Notes under the pieces: generated by a model | The model's database searches: none | Told to the model about the DNA's origin: nothing | Seen by the model: only the letters and a program-made list of their open reading frames with translations | Assembly: GCA_044892525.1 (NCBI GenBank) | Contig: CM097888.1 | Span: 81,282,001-81,346,000 of the forward strand | Length of the DNA stretch: 64,000 bases | Source of the DNA: Schmidtea polychroa | Lineage: Eukaryota | Direction: 5' to 3' | Translations under genes and position numbers: made by a program | Shown: positions 38,781 to 50,816 of the stretch, piece after piece | How the letters are laid out: the number at the start of each line of letters is the position of its first letter | How positions within the stretch are numbered: the first letter of the stretch is position 1

Positions 38781-38886
38781 AAAATTTAATTCAGTTTTTG
38801 AGTTGTTAATATTTATTTAAATAAATATTGAAATTAACTTTTTTTTGTTATAATGAATTCATTTAGTCCAAATTTTTAAAATCATT

Positions 38887-40433
38887 ATGGCTTCTAATTT
38901 AGATGTTGAAGTACTTTCAAAGTATAATAATATTTTATTAGTTATTTCCAATAACCATAATTTAAAAGGTGTATTATTACCTGTTAATGACGAGTAATTT
39001 TATAACAATAAATATATCTAATTGTTATCATTAATTATAGAAACAAACTTCGATTAGAACATTTTATTAATAATTATAATAAAGAAAACAATAATATTGA
39101 AGTGAAACCTGAACAAGAAAGCTTATTTTGTATACCTGATTCAACGTTGTCTCATTCAGCAGTAGAATCAAATATGAGCACCAATCTCAGTAATAATAAT
39201 GACGTGTGTAAAAAATGTAAACGTGTATTAAAAGCAACTAAACGAAAATTAGTAAGCAGAGAAGTAGAACGCCTTACTAATCATGGATTCAATGAAGTAA
39301 TTTTAAAGAAAAAAAACATATCGAGACGATCTACAAAAACTAAAGAAGAATTAGTTAACGGAGAAAAGTTCAATGGAAAAATTTATAAAAAGAGATCACA
39401 TGATCAAAATAAGGAAAGTGATTCAGATTTAAATAACGGTGGTTCTAAGGTTTTAAATGCCAAAAAAGACGAAGTTTTATCCATTCGAAAAACTAAAGAC
39501 AGAGCTCTTAAAACAAAAGCTAATGAGAAGATAATTGACTTATGTACTAGAAAACCAAGTAAGGTCAAAAAGTACAAACAAGAATTAAAAAAGAAATTAA
39601 AAATAGATCACTCTGATGAAATATTATCCGCGAATTCACCAGTTAAAGTGTCCGATGCATCTATATATGATTTTGTTGATGAAGATTACGAATCTGAACC
39701 CATTAAACCTTTATATAAAGAAAATAAAAAGTCTTATTTCATTGATAAAAGTAGTAATTCTACGAAACTCGATAAACGAAGCTATCAACGAAAGTTACCA
39801 GCAAAAGCTAGTAATAAAGATGATGAAATTCATTCAAATCCTGGCATTATGTTTTATGAATATAAAGGTACTAAGTTTAGTATAAATAATATAGTTTGGG
39901 CTAAAATTCCGGGCTATCCATTTTGGCCGGCACATATTAAGTCATTCGATAATGTAAGTGCCTCGAAATCTCAGGGTAAAAGGTGTCGAATTAATTGGAT
40001 TGGTTGGAATCAAAAGTCATTTCTACCACTTAAATCTCTATTGCATTTCGAAGAGCATTTCAAAATGAAGTATTCCACGAAGTTCAAATCACAAAAGTAT
40101 AAAACCGCTATTGAACTCGCTTGTAAAGAATTGAATTTAAATCTTGATGATTTGATAGGAGAATTGCCTAAGAAATCGCCAATGTCGGATAGGAATAATT
40201 CATCGCAAAATTCAAACCACGGCAAAAGGAAATCAATAGATTTAGATGACATTTTCCCTACTAAGAAAAATTCGAAAAATATTTCAGACATTGATGTGGT
40301 TGCCAAAGCTTATTCGGATGAAGATACGGACGAAGAGGAAAAAGCTCGATCTGCCTTGATCACAGCCGAAAGTTTGGAGGCGAACAGAATGATGTCGGAC
40401 ATGATGATGAAAAAGACTGAATTTGATTACTAA
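38887..40433 (+). CDS. PWWP domain protein, PWWP2-like, 499 aa, 2 exons
   Basis: Exon 1 38887-38993, 47-bp GT-AG intron, exon 2 39041-40433 (1500 nt total). IVWAKIPGYPFWPAHI...INWIGWNQKSFLPLKSLLHFEEHF..KYKTAIELA resembles the PWWP2 domain. Confidence 0.88.
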
Positions 40434-41174
40434 AGTCTGTAAAAAAAATAAGTTTTTTGTAATATTTAACATTTGTACACATTTATTTTACTTATACTCC
40501 AGAATGGATTTTTGTATAAATTATTAATTTATCCTTGCAAGATACATTTGTACAAATTTATTTCATTGACTTTATAACTTGATAATTGTAAACTGTGATC
40601 AATTGTTTAATGTGTCTTATTAATACTTTGCATGGTGGAATTTTAAATAAATTTTCAATTGACTTTTTTTGATTACTAAATATTTCCAAATTATTCTTCA
40701 TTTTGAAATGTTTTCCAACTGAAGCCACGTCGAGAATTCATCAATTCACTGGAAACGCTATCTGTAATGAAGAATGTATTGTTGCCAGCATATATTTGTT
40801 AAAACGTGTTGGAACGCATTGAGAATTCAATTCACTGAAACTCTAACATTTATATAACATCGCTGGTTAAATGTACAAATCAGTCATATTGAATCAGTAA
40901 ATTTTAAATATTCAATTAATCTATAATACGTTTATTATAATTTCATTCATGAATACTAACTCATCAGATTTCTCCTTTGGGGCAACCGGCAATAATGGCG
41001 AAACTAGAAAATTATTGTACGAAATAAATTCACCATCCGATTCTTCATATTCACAAAGTGTGAGATGCGATTCATTTTCTAGCATGGGAAATATTCATAT
41101 GCAAGTTGTTCAGAAAGATACAAAGAAAATCCTTAAAATAATAAATCTTATCATACTAATTTCTATATATGCTT

Positions 41175-41664
41175 ACGGATTAGTTTTAGTTTTTAAAAAG
41201 TAATAAATGATTTCGGAAATATTAAACTTTCTAAAATCCAAAATGTTCCCCTCCCAAATGAGAACCTTTCTAACCATATTTCCATTATATTTGAAATTGT
41301 CCCTTAATTTAATAAGATAAATTGAATCAGTAATGATCTCATCGTTTCCATGATGTTGTCATTCTCTGTATACAAAGTTTTGTAAAGTTAACTTCATAAT
41401 TTCGGGTCTAGATTAAAATTTTGAAGGATGTAAAAAGATAAAACATGAGATAGTTAATTTAAGGCAAGCAAAGTTTAACGTAAGTCTGTAAACATTTATA
41501 CGTGGCATTTTAGTGATGTTTTCACTTTTAAGGAAGAAAGTTTTTAAATGTTTAGATAACTCAACACAAGTTTGACGAAAACCAATAATTTCTATGCATA
41601 ATTTACTATTCGTGAATGTTAAGGTATTGTAATGAGATATTTGGTTGCCCAGTTCTCTATGCAA
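41175..41664 (-). pseudogene. Possible decayed coding sequence of unknown origin
   Basis: One minus frame is open for ~163 codons except two stops (41413-15 and ~41361). A 45-bp GTAAGC..TTTTAAG intron-like segment follows. No family recognised. Confidence 0.3.
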
Positions 41665-41945
41665 TATTATGTAACCCCTTGATTGTTGTCTTTGTGTTTG
41701 CTTTATTAATATTGAATGCTTGGGTCTGCAAATTATGTCATTGCCTTTATTTATTTCATTTCAATTAGTTACACGTGTACTATAGACAGGATATATATAT
41801 ATATATGTGTGTGTTAGGTCTGTAAATTAGGTAATCACATCTAAAAATTTCCACTGTTTACTTTGATTTGCATAACGGTCTCCATAAGGTATAGAAACAA
41901 TTGGAAATTATTATAGTATTTATTTATAGGAACAAATATAGGTTG

Positions 41946-42140
41946 CAAGGTTGCCAGACCTCCCGATTTCGTCGGGAGTCTCCCGTTATGAAAGTATATT
42001 TCCCGACTCCCGATATACATGCCAAAAACTCCCGATTTGTAAAATGCTATATAATAAATTTAGTGTTCATTATTAGTCAGCCATCCTTCATTTTTTTTTC
42101 GTTACTCCCGACATGATGTTTTCAAAATCTGGCAACCCTG
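41946..42140. mobile_element. hAT-derived MITE, 195 bp
   Basis: TIRs CAAGGTTGCCAGA / TCTGGCAACCCTG; TSD ATAGGTTG / ATAGATTG; CTCCCG subterminal repeats. Confidence 0.85.
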
Positions 42141-43049
42141 ATAGATTGTATGAATTATTTGGTACCATTGTAGAATGTAGTCTACTACTCTGGAATGCAC
42201 ACAAGATTTTCATTTTGGCGGCTCAACTTCTTTTAAATATTTTGAATATATAATACTTGATTAAAATAAAATATTAAGTAGCTTTATATTCATTTTGGAT
42301 AGGAAGGAGGTGATATTCATACACATATTTGGAAAACTTTGATTATTTTAATTAATTTTAATATGCGATAGAGTATACAAATGATAAAATTGAAATTAAA
42401 TATTTATATTCATTTTTCGTTTATGTTTCAGCAATTCGTTTAGTATGTCCTCTATATTTAAGTTAACTTCTTGGTGGACATTCAACAAAAACAATTTTAT
42501 GCTTTAGATTTCTATAGGAAAAAGTCACCAGGATATCCCTGGACCATTTCAACTGCCACTCCTCTATTTTTGAATTCAACCAGGATCTCTAAATGCTTTG
42601 TGGGTGAAAACTTGAAGTTGAGTTAATATAGTTTTGCTGTCATTGACTGCACGATGTATGTAACTAGCGTGGAATAATCACCAATGATCCTGCAACTCAT
42701 CAGAATGTGTTGTTGATTACATTTGATTATATAAAATAGTGTTTGAAACATCGAAAAACCCTGGGTACATTCACACGCTTTCCACGATTACGATTGTCAT
42801 CAAGGTGCTCAGCCCGTGATTTTACTTTTTCCTACCAGCAAATTTAGTCACGTCTATTTAAACTGGTTCATCGGATGTACCTTGTAGTTGTCTAAGGTGA
42901 TTGGCAGAAACGATGTCTGAACTTATTTTGCTATAAAAGATTAACCAGTTCACTAAATTGTTGGATAATTTTTCGATATCTCGCTCCACTGTATCATTAG
43001 AAATTATGGTAGGTTACGAATAGGGAAAAATTTCCAAATAACAAAGCAA

Positions 43050-44000
43050 AAAAACAGCTCTCAATTTCTTTTTCTCTTGTATTTTCTTGAGGCTTGAGTT
43101 GTTTCTTTACTTATGGTGTTGCTGTTGGTAGCCCCGTTAGTATCACTGCAATGGTCGGAAACAATTTTTGTTCTTAATACGACGGCACTTTACCCACTCC
43201 TTCGTTGGTGTAGAAACCAGCGCTCGACTCGATGATGCTTTGCATCTGTTTCCGAATCGTAATTTAAAAACTTTTTCAAGATAAACAACGGCTTGTTTAC
43301 CATTCAAAGGCTCTAATACTTTATTCATGAACTTTTTAAATGTTGCAGGCGTAGCAACAAAGCCAAAAGGTATATGGTTAAAACAGTATTCAGTAATACT
43401 TGTGGAAAATGCTGTTTTTAATTTAGATTCATCTTGCAGCTCAATTTGATAATAAGCATGTCCTTAATCAAGGGTGCTAAAATGTTTGGCGTTATCACTT
43501 CATTTAATGCTCTAAACATATCCTAATATCATTTTTCTTTTTTACACACACTAAAGGTGAGTTCCAAGGAGACTCACAGTGAGTTCTTATTTTGTTTTCC
43601 TCTTTATCCTTAATATTTTTTTTCAATTTTCTCAGTTAGATGTAATGGTTGGCTCCTAAGGTTCACATTTGGTTAATATCTCATGTTTTACTAAATTGAT
43701 TTAGCTTACATCCTAATTATGTTTCATAAATATATTTTCATAGTCTTTATTTATTTTATTCATAGCAACATCTCAACGAATTTGATAATTATTTTTTAAA
43801 TTACTGGTTTTTCCATCGTCCAACATTAAAATATTTTCTTTTCGTGAGTTCAATACCAATTTTATATTAAATTAATCTAAATATTAAACCTTCCTATTAC
43901 ACTTGGTAAAATTTCATTTGTTATAAAGAAATCGACCTTATTTCCTTGAATTTTTTATAATTTTTATTTTTAACGAAACTTTCTTATTATTTTTAAGGAG
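43050..44000 (-). mobile_element. Deleted Ty3/Gypsy pol relic
   Basis: AYYQIELQDESKLKTAFST..YCFNHIPFGFVATPATFKKFMNKVL..AVVYL (RT) joined to integrase-like sequence. Confidence 0.7.
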
Positions 44001-44063
44001 CTCTTATCAATAAATTAGTGTTTTCAACTTTTACATTTTTGAGCGCGTTTGGTAGTTCTGGTG

Positions 44064-46470
44064 TGTCACAGGTAAACCCAATTTTACATTGTCAAGTTGT
44101 CGCCCAACGCAACCCATAATGCAATGGTTTGCTATGCCATTCGACACCCGTTGGATGATCAACGTTGGAACAGTGTTGGATGAGAGAATACTCGCGAACT
44201 ATAAAATATTAAAAGAGAGTTTGACTGCTACTCCGCATTTCCTATGCTGCTGTTCATTAGTTCATTAGCTAGAATTTTCTCACTCTGTACGTCCTGTTGT
44301 AATGATTGGATCTAATCTCTCGCTCTAAAGTAATATATCATGATTAAAGTGCTTGAAGGTATGGGAAATTGCTAAGTATTAGTTAAGTAATTTTAATAGT
44401 TATATACACAGTCAAAGTTTATAAAGTTTAATTATTTACTATTTATTTTTACATCAAAATTTCACCAGAAAAAAAACTCTATAGGACATCGTTTCCCCCC
44501 TCTACTCTGTATCCACTGCTGTAAATTATCTCAGGCACTACCCGTCATCGTCGTTGATTCCCAATTCTTCACACTAACAAAATGATAACGAAGAAAATAA
44601 ACAACACTTTTATTTCGACTTAATAAAAACACATCAATGCTCCAAATACATCAAGCACCAATCGTGGCATCGGATTTTGTTCGGGAACCGACTTTGTGTA
44701 CGTCTGTTGGATGTCTCAACTGGATGCCAAAGCACATTTTCTAGCACTTCGATTTCGCTATTCAAGTATTGTGCAAGATCTATTTTCCATGATTGATCTA
44801 CCAGGTTACATTGTTCGCCACCAGTACTGGGAATCAGTCACGTTCAACGCGAGGTAGATGTCCAATGGCTTCGTGTATTGCATGAACAACCAGGGACCGA
44901 GCTAACCGCGTGTCGCTCAGTATGGGTTCCTTCGTGAGCATAATCATAGGTTCCTATTAGTGGTTCGCAGATAATCCACATTTTACTATGTCGTGTTGTC
45001 GCTAACGCAACCAAAGATACAATGGTTTGCATCTGTTGAATGATGAACGTTTGAACTGTTTGTACTGGGCGAATACTCGTGAAAAGTTTGTCACCTTTGT
45101 CACAATCAATTATCCTTGTGGTGACAAATTTCATTATCCACTCTTCTTTGAGTATTCGAGCCATTGCCTTCTCATATTGTATTTTAACCGCATGTAGGGA
45201 AATAAATTTACTGCGATAGTCAATAATCCCAATAACGTATAGTTCACCTCTTATTACTGGTTGTAATGAGCCACAAAAATTCATGTTAATTCTCTTGTAT
45301 AACTTAGAATCGTTTGTACATATCATTTTTCTTTAATTCTTGTTGTATCAACCTTTCGTTTTTAACAATTTTCACAAGCTTGTACAGTATTAAGAACAGA
45401 TTGTTCTAAATCTTTCATGTTAAAATTGTTTGATATATGCATTTTGACTTTCATAGCACCAGCATGATAAATCTTTTTATAATACTCTATGATGAACTTA
45501 GATTTGTTATCCTTTGGAATCCAAATTTTGTTATCAGTTGTTACTACAACTCCATTTATGTATTTAAAGAATGTTTTATTCGGGTTTTTATCAATACTTT
45601 CTTTCAACCTTTCAATATTTTTGCCATTTTTTTCTATTATTAGTGTTAACAATCTGGTTTTTAACTTACCCATCTTAGGGTTTTCATGAACGTTTGGTAA
45701 ACGTTTCAAACCAAAGCGTTAGCGTTACTATGATTTTCACCTTTTCTGCATTGTAAATCAATGTCTAAACTGCCAAGATAATTTATCCATGTTTGAAATT
45801 GTGAAGTAATAGCTTTCTTAGTTTTCATCATAAATGTAATAGCTTTGTGATCTGTTCTTAGTATAAAACCCTTACCATATAAATAATGCTTAAAATGATT
45901 CGTAAAATAAAATTTAGATAATAATAATCTAGATAATAGCCTAATTTATGCTTACTCATGGGCCGAGATTTATACGCAATGACTCTTTTTTATTTCACTT
46001 TGTTTGAGATAATACAGCACCGATGAGATCAAAGCATCGTTATCCAATATGAACAGCTTAGTAAAATCTGAAAATTTTAAAACAGATGTAGACGTTGATT
46101 TTAGCTTTAAATTTTGAAAAGAACTTTCACAGTCATCAGTCCACATTAGTTTCTTTTGTCTACTCCCACATAGCGCTTCTAATACTTTTGAGTCTTTTGT
46201 ATAATTTCCTATAAATTTGCAATAACAATTTGCTAGGCCTAAAAATCCTCCCAAACTGGCTTCATTCTTTTTGAATTGACATTTAGATGGGCATATTTTT
46301 GAGTTTGCTAATTCAATATTTTGAAATACTTTTTCAATAGTTTTATAATGTTCATCTAGTATTATAGAGAAGATAAGGATATCATCAAGATTCAATTCAC
46401 CAAGAACAAGATTCATAAGTCTTTGAAATGTTGCTGGTGCGGAAGCTATCCAAAATGGCATTATATTGAA
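44064..46470 (-). mobile_element. Ty3/Gypsy 3' part: RT-RH-INT remnants, PPT and 3' LTR (44488-44064)
   Basis: [28 protein letters not shown] (RT); YHAGAMK..CENC (zinc finger); integrase core at 44844-45326; PPT AGGGGGGAAACGA then TGT...ACA 425-bp LTR. Confidence 0.8.
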
Positions 46471-46698
46471 GTAATACCCTCTACCAAATTTTCCTATCAT
46501 TGAAATATCAGGTCTAGCCTGAAGTGCTTTCAAGAATGCCTTAGTTCCAGATCTTGCAATTGTTCTCAAATTATTAATAAAATCTGCCTTTGTCATTCCG
46601 ATTCCAGTGTCGATAATAGTTAAAGTTCCAGCATCTTTATCGTGAATCATTTGAATCATTAAATCATTTGCATTGTCAGCATGATACACAGCTTCCAT
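46471..46698 (-). pseudogene. HSP90: HSP90 N-terminal ATPase fragment A
   Basis: [53 protein letters not shown] vs canonical [19 protein letters not shown](K/R)[28 protein letters not shown]. Confidence 0.92.
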
Positions 46699-48137
46699 TT
46701 AGCAAAAAGTAGTTGTTCGATCATCATATTTCCGAGTCATTATAACGAATAAAAACGAAACTTCAAAAAATCTTTATTCTACAGAATACGCACGAAACTC
46801 CTTTTTCAATCAAACTATGAAACTTTCAGAAAAAATTCAATATTAAGTCAATTAATAAAATTCAAAATACATTGTCCACGCACGTGTGCGTACACATAGA
46901 TATATACAACTTCAAAACAATACGCACACAGACGCGATAATTAACCTCAGGATTAACCATCCTCCCCATTTGACACCTTGGTGTCAATCTCAAATCCCCA
47001 TTACCTTCTTCTTCTACAATTAAACATAGTTTGGAGATACATCTCAATATCTCTTTTCCATCGCATTTAATTCTCATCACATGTAGTTTTCTGTCTTCTC
47101 CAGCCATCGCTTCAATTACCTTCCCTATTGGCCACTTTCCATACTCATTCTTTTTGTCTAATACCCATTTTGTTGACCCTGCCTGAAAATCATCTTCTAT
47201 CTTATTCCATTTGCCAAATATGACCATTTAACTTTTAACTCTGCCATTCAGTTGCCTCGTAAAATACGTCCGACCTCGATTGGAGCTTTCTCTTCCTCAG
47301 GATATACCTTATACTCTTGGCCAATCATATGTCCTGGTATTTGGTTGAGTCTCATACACGACTTCGTTTGTGGATTTTAGGATCTCCCCTTCTTATTGTA
47401 TCCATCTTCTCAATTCCTCTATCGTCTCATTTTTCATTTTGTCTTTCTACCATTTATAATCCAGATTAGTGGTTAACTTTCCCAAACATTTTTGAAAAAG
47501 ACAACCAGTCTTCAACTCGGATTCTTTCCCAGTGAATTTAAAGTGAACAGTGACTGTTTAAAATAGCCCCACAAACAAATCTAAATCCTTCAGCTCTCCT
47601 TCTTGAATTGGCCGAAACTTGTCCATCTCTTCTAACATAGCCAAGTTTTCATCCCCACCATATCGCCTATTCAAGTTTTCTGTATCCATTTGATAAGCCT
47701 CTGCCGAATATCCTAGGTTTTCTATAATTATTTTAATGGCTGATTGTGAAGGTACTTGTGCAGGTGAAACATCTTTTCTACATCTTCTCCTTCTGCTTTG
47801 TATACACACGCAATAAAAGCTACTTCTCACGGTCCGTACTTTTTCATTTTACGTTCAAAGACAGGTATTGTAATCTTTTGTAGGCTTTCCAGTTTTCTTT
47901 TCGGCACTGAATTCTTTTTCTTGATTGTTTCATTCGCATTTTCCTTCTCTTCTTAAAAGACTGATTTGTCTTTTTTTGCCATTAGTTCCTCAATTATTCG
48001 ATGCTTTTCTCGATTTCTTGCAAATCTTTGTCTAATACTACAGTGATATCCAATATTTGCAATTCTTTACTAATAGTTCTAAGATGCTCCAATTCTTCAT
48101 CTAGACTCTCCTTTGATCTTCAAATTTAGTCATCGTT

Positions 48138-48361
48138 TCCACCACATAACCTAACTAATAGGTTCAGAATTTCCCCATTATGAACATTATAATCGTGTAA
48201 GGTCCTCCTCTTGTTCAACAGTTTGTCATCGCAATTTATTCTTTGTATCTCAATTGAAATTCCTTCTATTCTATGAAGATTAACCATAATACTCTCAATT
48301 GTTTCACTTGCTCCCACTTTAAAAGCAGTATACGCTCCGTTATCGTTCTCACAAATATATG
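48138..48361 (-). pseudogene. Ubiquitin-like domain, full length with one 1-nt deletion, upstream of and in frame with gag-like sequence
   Basis: HIFVRTIT/G-AYTAFKVGASETIESIMVNLHRIEGISIEIQRINCDDKLLNKRRTLHDYNVHNGEILNLLVRLCGG. 224 nt, versus 225 expected for ubiquitin residues 2-76. Confidence 0.8.
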
Positions 48362-48819
48362 AAAAGAGTGCCGGGGCCTATAGTATCTTCAATTTCCCTT
48401 GCTGACCTAGGTATCAAACTCCCTCATCCACTGGAACTTACACAATGGAAACCTATTTCCTTTGAGACAAACGTATAACTCTTTCCCCAAACTTCATAAA
48501 ATTATAGCACCTTAAAAAGACGCCCGCTAAACTAACTCTAAAAACTGGGGAGTGAAGGGTGGCCAAAACTGATTTAAAATGCCTCAAATAATTTTCAACA
48601 TACATATATAAAAAATTAACAATATTCAAAATTGATTTTGATTGCCTCACATCACTTTCAATATTCATGTATAAAAAATTAAACTAATAATCACTTATCT
48701 GATACTGTCTATATCACCTTTAGTTTGGTAAGGCTGGATCATCTGGATCACCTGCGCGATTAATCTCTTTTCTGGTGCATAGCCCCTTGAAGGGAACCAC
48801 ACTGCTACCATGGTGAATT

Positions 48820-48938
48820 GAGTAGAACCCCTTACTCAATTGTCCTATAATTGAAACATCAGCTCCAGCCTGAAGTGCTTTCACGAATGCCTTAGTTCCA
48901 GATCTTGCAATTGTTCTCAAATTGTTAATCAAATCTGC
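48820..48938 (-). pseudogene. HSP90: HSP90 N-terminal ATPase fragment B
   Basis: [39 protein letters not shown]; ~14 mismatches in ~118 nt versus fragment A. Confidence 0.9.
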
Positions 48939-49734
48939 GAAACTTCAAAAATATCTTTATTCTACAAAATACGCGTGAAACTCCTTTTTCGAAACAAACT
49001 ATGAAACTTCCAGAAAACTTTCAATAATAAGTCAATTAATAAAACTAATAAAGTTCAAAATACATTGTATGTGACTGTGTGCGCACACATAGATATATAC
49101 ATTGTATATTATACAATTTCAAAACAACACAGACGTGATAATTAACCTCAGGATTGACCAATTATTTATGATTTATTTTATTTTCTAATTATTATATTTT
49201 ATTTAATTATATTTATTTCGCCATCATGATGGGTTTGGTCATTTTCTAGAATTTTCTATGCTATTTTTAATATTTTTATAATATAATTCCTATTTTTTAT
49301 TAACCAATTTTCTAAATTTTATATTTTTATCTAGTTGTTCGTTTCGGGGCCATGTAAGATTTCGTCATTTTCATAGAATATTCTAGTGGGTTTTATATAA
49401 TTTTTATTATTCCTAATCGATTTTTTATGCTATTTTAATGAACTCCTTCTATTTCTAGTTTCTATTTTCTTTTGTCACAATTTGAATTTGCCTACTCCTG
49501 GATATTTGTTTATACTATTTTATGTTTGTTTGTGCAATACTTCTTGCTTTTGCTATTAATTTACTTTATTTTTGTGTTTCTTCATTTTGATGTTGAGTAG
49601 TCTTTAATGTGTTTCTTTGGTGTTTTAATTGTTTTTCGATTTTTACTCGACTATGTCTGCGAGCTGTTTTTACACATTCTGATCACAAAATCAAATTTAT
49701 TTGGGTATAAAGTCAGGTTTTACCCAATACTTCT

Positions 49735-50233
49735 TTAATGATGACACCTATTTTGGTTCCTGTATCCAAAAAATATAAATTTTAATACCCCCCCCCCCCC
49801 CCCCTCCCTATCGCATTTTATTAATCTATCATAGCCGTTATATAAAGTGCCTACTTTATTGGTCACCGGTTTTCTCGACATCTTTGTTGTTGTTGCCGTG
49901 GTTGTGATTGTCGATATTACTGAGCTAGAGAACATCTCCAGTTTTGAACCACATCTTTTGAATGGCTTCATAACCGCAATCTCTTCATTTTTCATTTCTT
50001 TATTAATCTCTTATATCTTTTTAATAATATCCTTAATCTCATTTACATTGGAAATATTTCTCAACTTGATTTCTCTTTTTTATCTTTATTTCTCCTCCGA
50101 TAATTCGGATAATTTTTTGCCAATCGATCAATCGTCATATTATACCAATAATGCTACACATTATTTCCAATTAAAAATATTTTTCTTTTCTTCAAAGGAT
50201 CATTGAAATTATTATGTCCAGTTCTTTCATCTG
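49735..50233 (-). mobile_element. LINE relic (ORF1 tail and start of APE endonuclease); target of the Gypsy insertion, continues after 56709
   Basis: NGYDRLIKCDREGGGGGVLKFI resembles the APE motif GY....DR...GGGV..YI. Confidence 0.5.
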
Positions 50234-50733
50234 TGTGAGGTGTTTTCAGCTGAGAATTAAATATTTCAATTATTTATTACAATAATTTTAAATGATAAAT
50301 AATTGACTATTTAAAATAACTTTTAAAAACATTTTTAAATTGAATTTTTTAAATTGAAATTTTTAAATTTTGAAATTAAAAAATTAAACAAAAAAGTAAA
50401 TCATTTTTAAATAAATATATTTTAAATATCATAATTTTAATAAATGGTCTTTGAAATATTTTATTCAACGCTGAAAATTTGTTTGGAAATTATACAATAT
50501 TTCATTAAATAAATACTTGGAATTATGACGTTAACTTTTGAACCGGATTTAAAAAATAATTTAGAAGATGTGTTAGCAGCTTCTAATATGTCGACCACGT
50601 CTATGGATTTTTTCATAAAGAAGCTATTTCCAAACGATTATCATAAATGAGATGACGTTGAAGCATTCATTAAAGAATGCGATTAATATTTTAAAGTGGA
50701 TCGAATTATTGATCGATAAACATATCATATCAT

Positions 50734-50736
<3 letters not shown>

Positions 50737-50813
<77 letters not shown>
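50737..50813. repeat. (AT)38 microsatellite inside gag
   Basis: Directly visible, preceded by (CATAT)3. Confidence 0.95.

Positions 50814-50816
<3 letters not shown>

Larger units (their letters stand above)
46471..49160 (-). mobile_element. Internally deleted BEL/Pao LTR retrotransposon with HSP90-containing LTRs
   Basis: DUF1759-type gag (LGYSAEAY..LNRRYGG) and DUF5641-type pol end (WPIGKVIE..G.D...R.ISKLC). PPT GGGGAGGA before 3' LTR start at 46959. 5' LTR 49160-48811, followed by an iMet-like PBS TGGTAGCAGTGTGGTTCC (48810-48793). Confidence 0.8.

Noticed and set aside
37736-40472. Antisense and overlapping ORFs (37736, 39616, 40010, 40284, and similar ones within TEs)
   Set aside because: Shadows of real coding frames with no independent features.
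14700-42710. Other CTGATGA/CTGAGGA hits (14706, 19727, 29152, 38594, 42692 rc)
   Set aside because: None has a stem II followed by GAAA; several lie inside coding sequence.
42480-43000. Decayed transposase-like sequence on the minus strand
   Set aside because: Coding-like composition, but no family motif could be identified with confidence.
46471-48938. BEL insertion splitting one HSP90 processed pseudogene
   Set aside because: The two fragments overlap the same HSP90 segment and both follow the LTR block, rather than being complementary halves on either side.
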